A DNA stretch of 64,000 bases from an uncultured Acidimicrobiaceae bacterium (GTDB taxonomy: Bacteria > Actinomycetota > Acidimicrobiia > Acidimicrobiales > Bog-793), in the NCBI GenBank assembly GCA_963836935.1, contig CAWILM010000011.1:6815-70814 (forward strand), written 5' to 3'. Numbering within the stretch: position 1 is the first letter of the stretch; each line of letters begins with the position of its first letter. The position numbers were made by a program, and so were the translations under genes. This document shows, in pieces, positions 54,191-63,245 of the stretch. The notes beneath the pieces were generated by a model that saw nothing but the letters and a program-made list of their open reading frames with translations, had not been told where the DNA came from and did no database searches.

Positions 54191-55822
54191 GCTGGCGGCC
54201 GGGCTTCCCGCACCGAAGGGCCGTTGGCCCGCGACGGTCATAGCGCGCCAGACAACCCGTAAGGCGGTCCGCTCCGGAGTGCTTTGGGGCTATGTCTTCG
54301 GCCTGTACCTGGCGACCCAGGCGCTCGCGTATGCGTCGAGCTACAAGACTGCTGCCCAGCGCGCCAGTTTGGTCAAGGAATTCGGGTCGAATGCCGGGGT
54401 GAGCGCACTCGTCGGCCCCGCTCACGACATCCAGACGGTCGCCGGCTTCACGGTCTGGAAGTCCCTCGCCGTCCTAGCCGTCGTCGGCGCCGTGTGGGGT
54501 CTGCTCACCGGTACGAGGTTGCTGCGCGGGGAGGAGGACGCCGGGCGGTGGGAACTGCTGCTCGCGGGCCAGACCACGCGCCGGGCCGCCGGCGCCCAGG
54601 CATTGGCCGGCCTGGGTTGTGGCCTCGCGGCCCTGTGGGCCGTCACGGCAGTCATCACGGTCTTGGTCGGGCGTTCCTCGAAGGTCGACATCAGTCCTGC
54701 GGGAGCCCTGTTCCTGGCTGTCGCCGTCGTCGCCGCGGCCGCAGTGTTCCTCGCCCTCGGGGCTCTTACGAGCCAACTGGCGCCGACTCGCCGCCAAGCG
54801 TCCGCCTACGCCAGCGCCGTTCTCGGCGCTAGCTACGCCCTGCGCATGGTTGCCGACTCGGGAACGGGTCTCGGCTGGCTCCGGTGGGCGTCGCCACTCG
54901 GATGGATCGAGGAGCTCCAACCGCTGACGTCTCCTCATCCCCTCGCGCTCTTGCCGATTGGCGGTCTCGTCGCCGTGTTGGCACTGTTCACGGTGCATCT
55001 CGCCGGCGTGCGAGATCTCGGAGCTAGTACCTTCCCCGATCGCACGCATTCGACTCCGCACACGAGGCTCATGTTCGGCGCGCTGGGCTTGGACGTTCGC
55101 TTAGCCCGGTCGGGCCTGGTGGGATGGGGCGTGGGCATCGCCGCGTACGGACTCGTGCTCGGGCTCGTGGCGAAGTCTGCCGGGAGCGCGATAGCCGCCT
55201 CGTCGAGCCTCACGCGAGCGTTCTCACGCCTCGGGGCGGTCGGAGCGGAGGCGTATCTCGGTGTGGCGTTCTTGCTGATGGCCGTGATGGTCGCGTTCGT
55301 GGCCGCCGGGCAGATCACAGCCACGAGGGGGAAGAGGCCGAGGGAAGGCTCGACAACCTTCTCGTGCGGACGGTCTCGCGCCCGTCCTGGCTGGCGGAGA
55401 GACTCCTTGTCGCGGCCCTCGCCGTTCTCGCCGGGGGACTCATTGCCGGCCTCTTCACCTGGCTCGGGGCGGCAAGCCAGCACAGCGGCGTGAGCTTTGC
55501 GCACGTGTTCGACGCCGGGATCAACGTCGTGCCTCCCGCTGCGTGCGTCCTCGGGGTTGGCACGCTCGCTCTCGGTGTGCGGCCGCGGGCCACGACGGTC
55601 GCCACTTACGGTCTCGTCGTCTGGTCGTTCCTCGTCGAGCTCGTCGGCGGGATCGTGGGGCTGAACCATTGGGTGCTCGACACTTCGGTGTTTCACCAGA
55701 TGACCGCCGCACCTGCCGTGAGCCCGGACTGGACCAGCGGGGGCGCCCTCTTAGCCCTCGGCGCCGCCTCCGCTCTCGTCGGCGGCGTCGCGTTCAGGAT
55801 TCGCGACCTTGTGAGCGCCTGA
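54180..55822 (+). CDS. ABC-2-type exporter permease, apparent 1-nt frameshift near 55325-55335
   Basis: ATG 54180 overlaps the ATPase stop. Multi-pass hydrophobic sequence runs through ..VAAGQITATR. After a G-run (ACGAGGGGGAAGAGG) the reading continues in ORF 55124-55822 as EEAEGRLDNLLVRTVSRPSWLAERLLVAALAVLAGG... Confidence 0.6.
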
Positions 55823-55831
55823 GGCCGGGCC

Positions 55832-56974
55832 CTATGGGGCGAGCGCCTCCGTGACTACATTTCCCATTGCCTGGTGCTCGACGAGGAAAGCGTCGTGGCC
55901 GACGATCGAGTCGATGACCCGAACTTCGTTGGCACTTCCGAGTTGTTCGGCGAGCTCCCATTGGAGCCGCAGCGGGTAGAGGCGGTCCGAGGAGATCCCG
56001 GCGACTGTGACCTCGGCCCGGACACGGGAGAGGGCCTCTCTTGCTCCGCCGTAGCCCCGGCCGAGGTCGTAATGGTTCATGGCCTTGCTGAGGACCAGGT
56101 AGCTGTTCGCGTCGAAGCGGCGGACAAGCTTCTCACCCTGATGGTCCAGGTACGATTCGACGGCGTAACGCCCCCCGCTCAGCGGCATCTCGTGCTCTTG
56201 GGCGGTATTGGCGAAGCGTTGTTCCAGGTCCACTTCGCTGCGGTAGCTCAGATGACCGATCCCGCGGGCGATACGCAGCCCGGCGATCGGTCCATGACCT
56301 GCGTCGTAGTAGTCGCCCTGACGGAAATCCGGGTCGAGGCGGATCACCGCATTCTGCAGTGAGCAGAGGGCGATTTGCTCGGCGCTGGCGGCCGCGCCCG
56401 TGGCCACCACGACCGCCCGTTCGATGTTGTCGGGGAAGTCCACAGCCCACTGCAGGGCACGCATCCCGCCCATGGACCCACCGGTCACGGCGTACCAGGT
56501 GTCGATACCGAGTTCGTAGGTGAGTGCGCGCTCGACGAGGACTTGATCCTTCACGGTCACGACAGGGAACCGGGACCCGTAAGGCTTCCGGTCTTTCGCC
56601 CATGAGCTAGGACCGGTCGTGCCCTGACAGCCTCCGAGGACGTTCGGGCAGACGACGAAGTAGCGGTTCGTGTCGATCGGCGCGCCCGGGCCGACCAAAG
56701 GACCCCACCAGCCTGGGCTTGGGTGCCCAGGTTCAACCGGCCCGCTCACGTGCGAGTCGCCACTCAGGGCGTGAAGGACGAGGACAGCGTTCGAGGCACG
56801 CGCGTTCAACTCGCCCCAGGTCTCGTAGGCAACAGTGACCTCACTCAGGTGGCCACCGGCTTCGAGGTCGAGGCCGCTGTTGTGGTCCTGTCCGCCCCCG
56901 AACAGCGACATGAACTTCCGCCGGCCGGGAGGGTCTCCAGGCCGCCAGGCCCCAGTGACGGGGGCGTAAGCCAT
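55832..56974 (-). CDS. metX: Homoserine O-acetyltransferase
   Basis: It contains ..AVLVLHALSGDSHV.., ..GGSMGGMRALQWAV (nucleophile) and ..IDSIVGHDAFL... It lies adjacent to metY. Confidence 0.85.
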   Translation of the reverse strand: MAYAPVTGAWRPGDPPGRRKFMSLFGGGQDHNSGLDLEAGGHLSEVTVAYETWGELNARASNAVLVLHALSGDSHVSGPVEPGHPSPGWWGPLVGPGAPIDTNRYFVVCPNVLGGCQGTTGPSSWAKDRKPYGSRFPVVTVKDQVLVERALTYELGIDTWYAVTGGSMGGMRALQWAVDFPDNIERAVVVATGAAASAEQIALCSLQNAVIRLDPDFRQGDYYDAGHGPIAGLRIARGIGHLSYRSEVDLEQRFANTAQEHEMPLSGGRYAVESYLDHQGEKLVRRFDANSYLVLSKAMNHYDLGRGYGGAREALSRVRAEVTVAGISSDRLYPLRLQWELAEQLGSANEVRVIDSIVGHDAFLVEHQAMGNVVTEALAP

Positions 56975-56987
56975 GACGGTGCCCAGT

Positions 56988-58286
56988 TCAGGCGCCCTTT
57001 GCCGCGCGGAAGCCTGAGTCCAGATCGGCCAGGATGTCGGCGAGGGTCTCGAGCCCGATGCACAGCCGGATCAGGTCGGGAGTGACGCCGGTCGTTGCCT
57101 GCTCCTGCTCGGTCAGCTGCGAGTGGGTGGTCGTCGCCGGGTGGATCGCAAGGCTGCGGACGTCGCCGACATTCGCGAGGTGGCTGAAGAGCTCCAGCCC
57201 CTCGATGAACCGGCTGCCGGCTTCCCGGCCGCCCTTGATGCCGAATGTGAGGATGGCGCCGCCACCTCTCGGCAGGTAGCGCACCTGCCGGGCGTGCCAG
57301 GCGCTTGATTCGAGCCCGGGGTAGCTCACCCACTCGACCTCGTCGCGGGCTTCGAGCCATTTGGCCACCGCAAGGGCGTTGGCTACGTGGCGGTCCATCC
57401 GGACGCTAAGCGTCTCGAGGCCCTGGAGGAAGAGGAACGAGTTCAGCGGAGCGATAGCCGCACCGACATCGCGCAGATACTGAAGGCGTGCCTTCAAGAT
57501 GTACTGAGCCGGGCGGAGCGGCTCGGGCAGCTCCGAAAAGACCAGGCCGTGGTAGCTCGGGTCCGGTTCAGTGAAGTTGGGGAAACGACCGCTCTTCACG
57601 TAGTCGAACCTTCCGCCGTCGACGATGACGCCACCGATGGAGGTGCCGTGGCCCCCGATGAACTTGGTCGCCGAGTACACGGTGATATCAGCGCCGTGAA
57701 GGAACGGCTGGCACAGATACGGCGTCGCCACGGTATTGTCGACCACGAGGGGGATGCCGTGCTCGTGCGCGACCACCGAGACAGTCTCGAAGTCGAGCAC
57801 GTCGCCCTTCGGGTTGCCGATGGTCTCGGCATAGAACGCCTTCGTGTTGGGCCGTATGGAGCTGCGCCAGGCGTCCGGGCTGTCAGGATCGTCGACGAAG
57901 CTGACCTCCACACCTAGTTTTGGCAGGGTGTAGTGGAGCAGGTTGTACGTGCCACCGTAGAGGGAGGTCGAGGAGACGATGTGCCCCCCGTTCTCGGCCA
58001 GGTTCAACAGCGCGATCGTCTCGGCCGCCTGACCGCTCCCTACTGCGAGTGCGCCGACTCCTCCGTCGAGTGCGGCCATACGCTCCTCGAAGACAGCCTG
58101 GGTGGGGTTCATGATGCGGGTGTAGATATTGCCCAGCTCCGACAGGCCGAAGAGTGCGGCCGCGTGCGCCGTGTCCCGGAACACGTAGCTGGTCGTCTGG
58201 TAGATCGGCACGGCGCGAGCCCCGGTGGTGGGGTCGGCTACGGCTCCGGCGTGTATCTGGCGGGTCTCGAATCCCCAGTCGGCCAT
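56988..58286 (-). CDS. metY: O-acetylhomoserine sulfhydrylase (aminocarboxypropyltransferase)
   Basis: It contains ..FETRQIHAG..PIYQTTSYVF.., ..YSATKFIGGHGTSIGG (PLP Lys) and ..PATTTHSQL... Confidence 0.85.
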   Translation of the reverse strand: MADWGFETRQIHAGAVADPTTGARAVPIYQTTSYVFRDTAHAAALFGLSELGNIYTRIMNPTQAVFEERMAALDGGVGALAVGSGQAAETIALLNLAENGGHIVSSTSLYGGTYNLLHYTLPKLGVEVSFVDDPDSPDAWRSSIRPNTKAFYAETIGNPKGDVLDFETVSVVAHEHGIPLVVDNTVATPYLCQPFLHGADITVYSATKFIGGHGTSIGGVIVDGGRFDYVKSGRFPNFTEPDPSYHGLVFSELPEPLRPAQYILKARLQYLRDVGAAIAPLNSFLFLQGLETLSVRMDRHVANALAVAKWLEARDEVEWVSYPGLESSAWHARQVRYLPRGGGAILTFGIKGGREAGSRFIEGLELFSHLANVGDVRSLAIHPATTTHSQLTEQEQATTGVTPDLIRLCIGLETLADILADLDSGFRAAKGA

Positions 58287-58367
58287 GTCCGCGGTCTCCT
58301 TCTTGTCGGGGCGCGTTTCAACGGATCCGGTGACCGCGCTTTGGAAAATGGCAGGATAACCCAGAAT

Positions 58368-58383
58368 ACTTGACTAGTCAAGT
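58368..58383. promoter_or_regulatory. Perfect 16-bp palindrome ACTTGACTAGTCAAGT in the metY / GNAT divergent intergenic region (candidate operator)
   Basis: I read it directly from the sequence. It sits in a locally AT-rich stretch ~80 nt upstream of the metY start and ~85 nt upstream of the GNAT start. Confidence 0.35.
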
Positions 58384-58467
58384 CATGATTATGTCCTTGG
58401 TACCCGGGTGGTGTGACGCGCCAGACATCACATGGTTGCCGGGCGACGGGTATGGCATCGTGGCGAC

Positions 58468-59031
58468 ATGTTGATCCGGTCGGCCGACCTGAACGATCGT
58501 GCGTGGATCGTTCGCACGTTGGAGCAGCGGTGGGGTTCGACGACGATCGTCACCCGGGGCCGCCTGTGTGACGCGGCCTCGTTGGCCGCCCTCGTCGCGG
58601 TGGACACGATCTTCGAGCACGAGCCCGAGCGAGTCGGGTTGCTGACATATCGGCTGGATCGAGAGGGGCTCGAGGTGGTCACGATCGATGCCCTGAAGAC
58701 TGGTGCCGGCGTTGGCACCGCTCTGTTGTCCCGGGGGATACGGGTCGCACGCAACGCGGGAGTAGGTCGCGTCTGGCTGATCACGACGAACGACAACTTG
58801 CGCGCCATCTGCTTCTACGAGGAGAGGGGATTCCGGGTTGCTGCTGTTCACGAGGGGGCTGTCGAGCGGGCCCGTGCGCTTAAGCCGTCCATCCCCGTCG
58901 TGGCCGAGAACGGCATCGAGCTTCGCGACGAATGGGAGCTCGAGCTCATCTTGGTGCCTGTCGCCGACGGCCCGAGTTTCGGCGCCGCCGAGCCCGGTGG
59001 AGCGTCGGCTACGAGACGACACCTGACGTAG
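58468..59031 (+). CDS. GNAT-family N-acetyltransferase
   Basis: The acetyl-CoA binding core reads ..VVTIDALKTGAGVGTALLSRGIRVARNAGVGRVWLITTNDNLRAICFYEERGF... The start is taken at MLIRSADL. Confidence 0.7.
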   Translation: MLIRSADLNDRAWIVRTLEQRWGSTTIVTRGRLCDAASLAALVAVDTIFEHEPERVGLLTYRLDREGLEVVTIDALKTGAGVGTALLSRGIRVARNAGVGRVWLITTNDNLRAICFYEERGFRVAAVHEGAVERARALKPSIPVVAENGIELRDEWELELILVPVADGPSFGAAEPGGASATRRHLT

Positions 59032-59109
59032 GTGACCCACGGGTCGAGGCGACGACGCGTGCCGCGCGCGGAACCGTTTACGATCTCATGAACACGCGCA
59101 ACGGCGCGC

Positions 59110-60264
59110 GTGTCGGTGAGGGATGTCGACCGTCCGGAGGGACTCGTGCGCGTTGGTTCCATGATCGATGAACGAATGAGGCGGAAGGAAGGGCCGAGGC
59201 GGCTGTCTTTGTTTCGTATCTTGACCCTCGGCGCCATGGCCTTTGCCCTATTGGTGCTGCCAGCTGCCAGTGGCGCGACCACCCTCCATCGCACCTTCGG
59301 CGATCGCGCAGCCCAGAGCATTGGTGCCTCTCGCCTGGATGCGGGACAGGAGCTGTTCGACGGGTCCGCGCTCGTCTCGCCCAGCGGCCGCTACCGGATG
59401 GTCCTGCAGAGCGACGGGAATCTCGTGCTCTACTGGGAGGGCCAACCCCTTTGGAACTCGGGAACCAGGGGCGACGCCCCGGACCACCTCGAAATGCAGA
59501 ACGACGGCAACCTGGTCCTCTATCAGGGTCTGGACGTGCTCTGGGACTCGAAGAGCGGAGGCGGGGCCCGCAGCAGCGCCTATTACCTGAATCTCCAGAA
59601 CGACGGCAGCGCGGTCATTTACTCACCGGCCGACAAGCCGATCTGGACGACCAACACCGACATACAACCCGGGCTGCAGTTCGGCGACGCCGGTTCTTCG
59701 GTCCTGAGGCTCCAAGAGATCCTCAACGGCCTCGGGTACTGGGTCGGAGCGGCAAACGGCGTTTTCGGCGACTCGACACAACAGGCCGTCTGGGCGCTCC
59801 AGAAGGCCGCCGGCCTCACTCGAGACGGTGTCATCGGGACCCGGACCATCGCCGCGCTGGCGAGCGGTGTCGTTCCCACCCCACGACCCGCATCCGGCAA
59901 CTTGATAGAGGTGGATCTCGAGGACGACCTCCTCATGGTGCTGCAGAATGGCAAGCTGGCGTACACGCTCAACACCTCGACGGGGGGTGGCTACACCTAC
60001 ACGGACAAGGGCGTGACGTCGCTGGCGATCACACCGAAAGGCGTGTTCCACATCTTCGGAGCTATAAACGGCCTCGACGTCGACTCGCTCGGCAGACTCT
60101 GGCGGCCGAGGTTCTTCACAGAATCGGGGATCGCGATCCACGGTGACTCGTTTGTGCCGCCCTATCCCGTCTCGCATGGCTGTGTCCGTGTGAGCGACGA
60201 GGCGATCAACTGGATCTGGGCCGACAACATCGTCCCGATCGGGGAGGAAGTCTGGGTCTTCTGA
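59110..60264 (+). CDS. Secreted bulb-type (mannose-binding) lectin + PG_binding_1 + YkuD L,D-transpeptidase fusion protein
   Basis: A signal/anchor (LSLFRILTLGAMAFALLVLPAASGA) comes first. Three QxDxNxVxY-type subdomains follow (LQSDGNLVLY, MQNDGNLVLY, LQNDGSAVIY). Then come ..GSSVLRLQEILNGLGYWVGAANGVFGDSTQQAVWALQKAAGLTRDGVIG (PG-binding) and ..IAIHGDSFVPPYPVSHGCVRV (YkuD catalytic His/Cys). Confidence 0.75.
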   Translation: MSVRDVDRPEGLVRVGSMIDERMRRKEGPRRLSLFRILTLGAMAFALLVLPAASGATTLHRTFGDRAAQSIGASRLDAGQELFDGSALVSPSGRYRMVLQSDGNLVLYWEGQPLWNSGTRGDAPDHLEMQNDGNLVLYQGLDVLWDSKSGGGARSSAYYLNLQNDGSAVIYSPADKPIWTTNTDIQPGLQFGDAGSSVLRLQEILNGLGYWVGAANGVFGDSTQQAVWALQKAAGLTRDGVIGTRTIAALASGVVPTPRPASGNLIEVDLEDDLLMVLQNGKLAYTLNTSTGGGYTYTDKGVTSLAITPKGVFHIFGAINGLDVDSLGRLWRPRFFTESGIAIHGDSFVPPYPVSHGCVRVSDEAINWIWADNIVPIGEEVWVF

Positions 60265-60395
60265 GACAGACGCCGCGGCAGGGATTGACCGGAATGCGGG
60301 ACCCCTCCTTTGCTCACGGGATCACAGCCGCTGTGCGGTGCCGGCGCGAGAGCGGCGGGAGCCTCGCGTGGATCCCGCCGACCGCCCTGCTTGGC

Positions 60396-61951
60396 TCAGC
60401 CGGCCTGCTGACCGCTCAACTTCTTAGCGAGGCGGCCCTCCGCCGCCTCCCACCGTTGCGCCTCCCCTGCGCGCGGGCGGTAGGCATGCCGCTCGATCCG
60501 ATCGGCGATGCTCGCGTGGGCGGCCCATCGGCCACTTCCGAGGATGCCGAGCGCCTGGGCCTGCACCAAAGCATTTCCGATTGCTGCGGCCTCGTCCGGA
60601 CCTGCCACGACCGGAAGGCCGCAGGCATCGGACGTGAGTTGGCAGAGCAGGGCATTGTGCACGCCGCCGCCTACGATGTGGATCGTTTCGACGCGCTTCC
60701 CCGACAGCTGGGAAGCCAGGCGCAGGGTTCGCCGGTATGCGAGGGCAAGGCTGTCGAGGATGGCGCGCGTCACTTGTGCCAGTGTCTCGGGGATCGGCTC
60801 ACTCAGCCGGCGACATATCTTTTCGATGCGCGGCAGGAATATCGCCCGGCGGGAAAAAGATCGGATCGTTTGGGTCGAACACGCTGCGAAGAGGTGATTC
60901 CGCTGCGGCCGCGGAGACCACTTCCTCGAGAGAGAAGGTCGCGCTCGAGACGCTCCCAGGTTCGCATCGACTCCTGGAGCAGCCACAGCCCCATCACGTT
61001 GCGGTGGTAAAGGAACGAGCCGTCAACGCCCCGCTCGTTTGTGAACTGCGCGGCGCGGCTGTCCTCACTCAGGACCGGTCGATCCAGCTCGACGCCGACT
61101 AAAGACCAGGTCCCTGATGAGATGAACGCGAAGTGTTGGTCGACGGCCGGGACAGCCATGACCGCCGCCGCCGTGTCGTGCGAGGCGACTGCTGTGAAGG
61201 GGACGTCGTAGTCGAGGCCTGTTTCGGAGAGCACTTCTGAAAGGAGGGGACCGAGCCGTTCTCCGGGCCGGCGGATTCGCGGGAAGAGGCTCGGCGAGAC
61301 GCCGATCTTTGTCATCAGCTCGAGGTCCCATCCGGATCCGTCGACCTTGAGCAACTGGGTGGTCGACGCGTTGGTCTCCTCGGATCCGAGGGATCCGGTG
61401 AGCCAATAGGCGAGAAGATCCGGTACGAGGAGCAAGGTCCGCGCCAAGGTGAACAGGGCGTCGTTGCGACCAGCGGCAAGTTGGAAGATCGTGTTGAAGG
61501 GCACGACCGCTATGCCCGACCGGCGATAAAGCGCAAGAGGACCCACGCTGTTCACGACCGGCTCGACGACGGCGCGGGTGCGGTCGTCACGGTAGTGGAC
61601 GGGATTGCCGAGAAGCGTCCCATCCGCGTCGAGCAGCCCATAGTCGACCCCCCAGGAGTCAATCCCGACCGAATCGACGTGTCCCATGCGACCTGCGGCA
61701 CGGATGCCTTCGAGTATCCCACGATGAAGGCCGAGCACATCCCAGTGGAGGTGCTCGCCTGCTCTGATCGCTCCGTTCCAGAACCGGTGGACCTGAGCGA
61801 GTTCGAAGTGCTCCTTGGCGAACTCAGCCACGAACACACGCCCGCTCGAGGCGCCGAGATCGACCGCGACGACGCGTGCCACCCCAGAAGGCGTTGGTGT
61901 ATCTGCCCCGACGACTGCGGTTGGCTGTGCCATCGACGGAATTCCTCTCAA
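60396..61951 (-). CDS. rhaB: Rhamnulokinase-like FGGY kinase, spread over three frames (two apparent frameshifts near 60930-60945 and 60830-60850)
   Basis: The N-terminal part reads ..VVAVDLGASSGRVFVAEF..VHRFWN..GIDSWGVDYGLLD..NPVHYRDDRT..FISSGTWSLVG..NVMGLWLLQE... The middle part is readable only in a second frame (FSLEEVVSAAAAESPLRSVFDPNDPIFFPPGDIP). The C-terminal part in a third frame reads RIEKICRRLSEPIPETLAQVTRAILDSLALAYRRTL..IHIVGGGVHNALLCQLTSDACGLPVVAGPDEAAAIGNALVQ. The symbol is given by similarity pattern only. Confidence 0.65.
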
Positions 61952-62126
61952 GCGACCCCGTCCTGTGACCGGGGAGTCCTTCGACGATGCCGGTTCGTTG
62001 CCTTGATGGAGCCGTTGATCACCGTCCGGCGAGCCGCAGCTCCAAGTCTCGCCATTCCAGCCGTCTGCTCACCTGGGCTCGCCTTCGTCCCGACTTGCCA
62101 TTGGCAGGGACGGGGACGCTGCCGTG

Positions 62127-63194
62127 TCAAGCGTGACCGCGGTCGGCGACAACGAGGATCTTGACCTCACCACCGGCGGTGATGGCAGCGAAGGCATCCG
62201 CGGCTCTGGGGAGAGGGAAGGTGGCCGTGACGAACCGATTGGCATCGAAGTCGTCACCGCCGATGATCTTGACAGCATCATCGAAGTCCTCCCACCGGTA
62301 GGTGGCTGCACCTTGGATGCGGACCTGGTACTCCTGGATCACGGGCAAGTCGACGGTGGCCAGCTTGCGGGGCCCTCCCAGCACGACCACCGTGCCCCCC
62401 TTGATTGCCATCTTGATGGCTTCTCCCAGGGTCGCCTGGTTTGCTACGCAGTCGAACACGACGTCGGCACTTTCCCCGAGCTCGCCTCGGACTACTCCGG
62501 CCAGGTCGTCGACGGCTGCATCGATCACAGCGTCAGCCCCCAATGCCAGGGCCAGATCGCGCTTGGTCGTCAAGGGGTCGGTGCTCACGATCGTGGCTGC
62601 CCCGGCACGGCGAGCAGCAATCAGAGTCATCAGCCCAATGGTGCCCGCCCCGAGAATGGCTACCTTCTTGCCGGTCAAGCCGCCGGTCAGCCTTACTGCA
62701 TGGACCGGCGTAGCCAGCGGCTCGATGAGGGCGGCCTCATAGTCACTGAAGTTCTTGGGCACTCTGTGCAGCCGCGCGGCTGGCACTGAGAAGACGTCGG
62801 CCATTCCGCCTTCTCGGTATCCGCAACCGAAGAACTGCAGGTTCTCGCAGAGGTTCTCCATCTTGTTGAGACACGGCTTGCAGTGACCACATACCAGAGT
62901 CGGCTCGACGGTGACGCGGTTCCCAACCTCGACGTTGTCCACGCCATCGGTGACGGTGACCACCACGCCGACCACTTCATGTCCCGGGTAGTAGGGGGGT
63001 TTCATGAAGGCGTGCTCACCGTGGACACCGGCCTTGTCCGAACCGCACAGCCCCGTCACCGACATCTCGACCAGCACTTCGCCGGGTTGGAGCTTCGGCC
63101 CGGCCTCGGTCAGCACCTCGACCTTGTCGGTGCTGCTGACGATCGCACGTCTCCGGGTCAGTTCATTGCTCATCGCATCTCCTATGGCTGTCAA
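62127..63194 (-). CDS. Zinc-dependent polyol/sugar-phosphate dehydrogenase (MDR family; sorbitol/galactitol-1-P dehydrogenase-like)
   Basis: It contains ..VTGLCGSDKAGVHGEH..YYPGHEVVG.., structural zinc CGHCKPCLNKMENLC and Rossmann VAILGAGTIGL. Confidence 0.8.
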   Translation of the reverse strand: MTAIGDAMSNELTRRRAIVSSTDKVEVLTEAGPKLQPGEVLVEMSVTGLCGSDKAGVHGEHAFMKPPYYPGHEVVGVVVTVTDGVDNVEVGNRVTVEPTLVCGHCKPCLNKMENLCENLQFFGCGYREGGMADVFSVPAARLHRVPKNFSDYEAALIEPLATPVHAVRLTGGLTGKKVAILGAGTIGLMTLIAARRAGAATIVSTDPLTTKRDLALALGADAVIDAAVDDLAGVVRGELGESADVVFDCVANQATLGEAIKMAIKGGTVVVLGGPRKLATVDLPVIQEYQVRIQGAATYRWEDFDDAVKIIGGDDFDANRFVTATFPLPRAADAFAAITAGGEVKILVVADRGHA

Positions 63195-63245
63195 GTGGGA
63201 TTCGCTTTATCGTTCGTAGGTCGCACCGAACGGGGGTCGGGGTGT

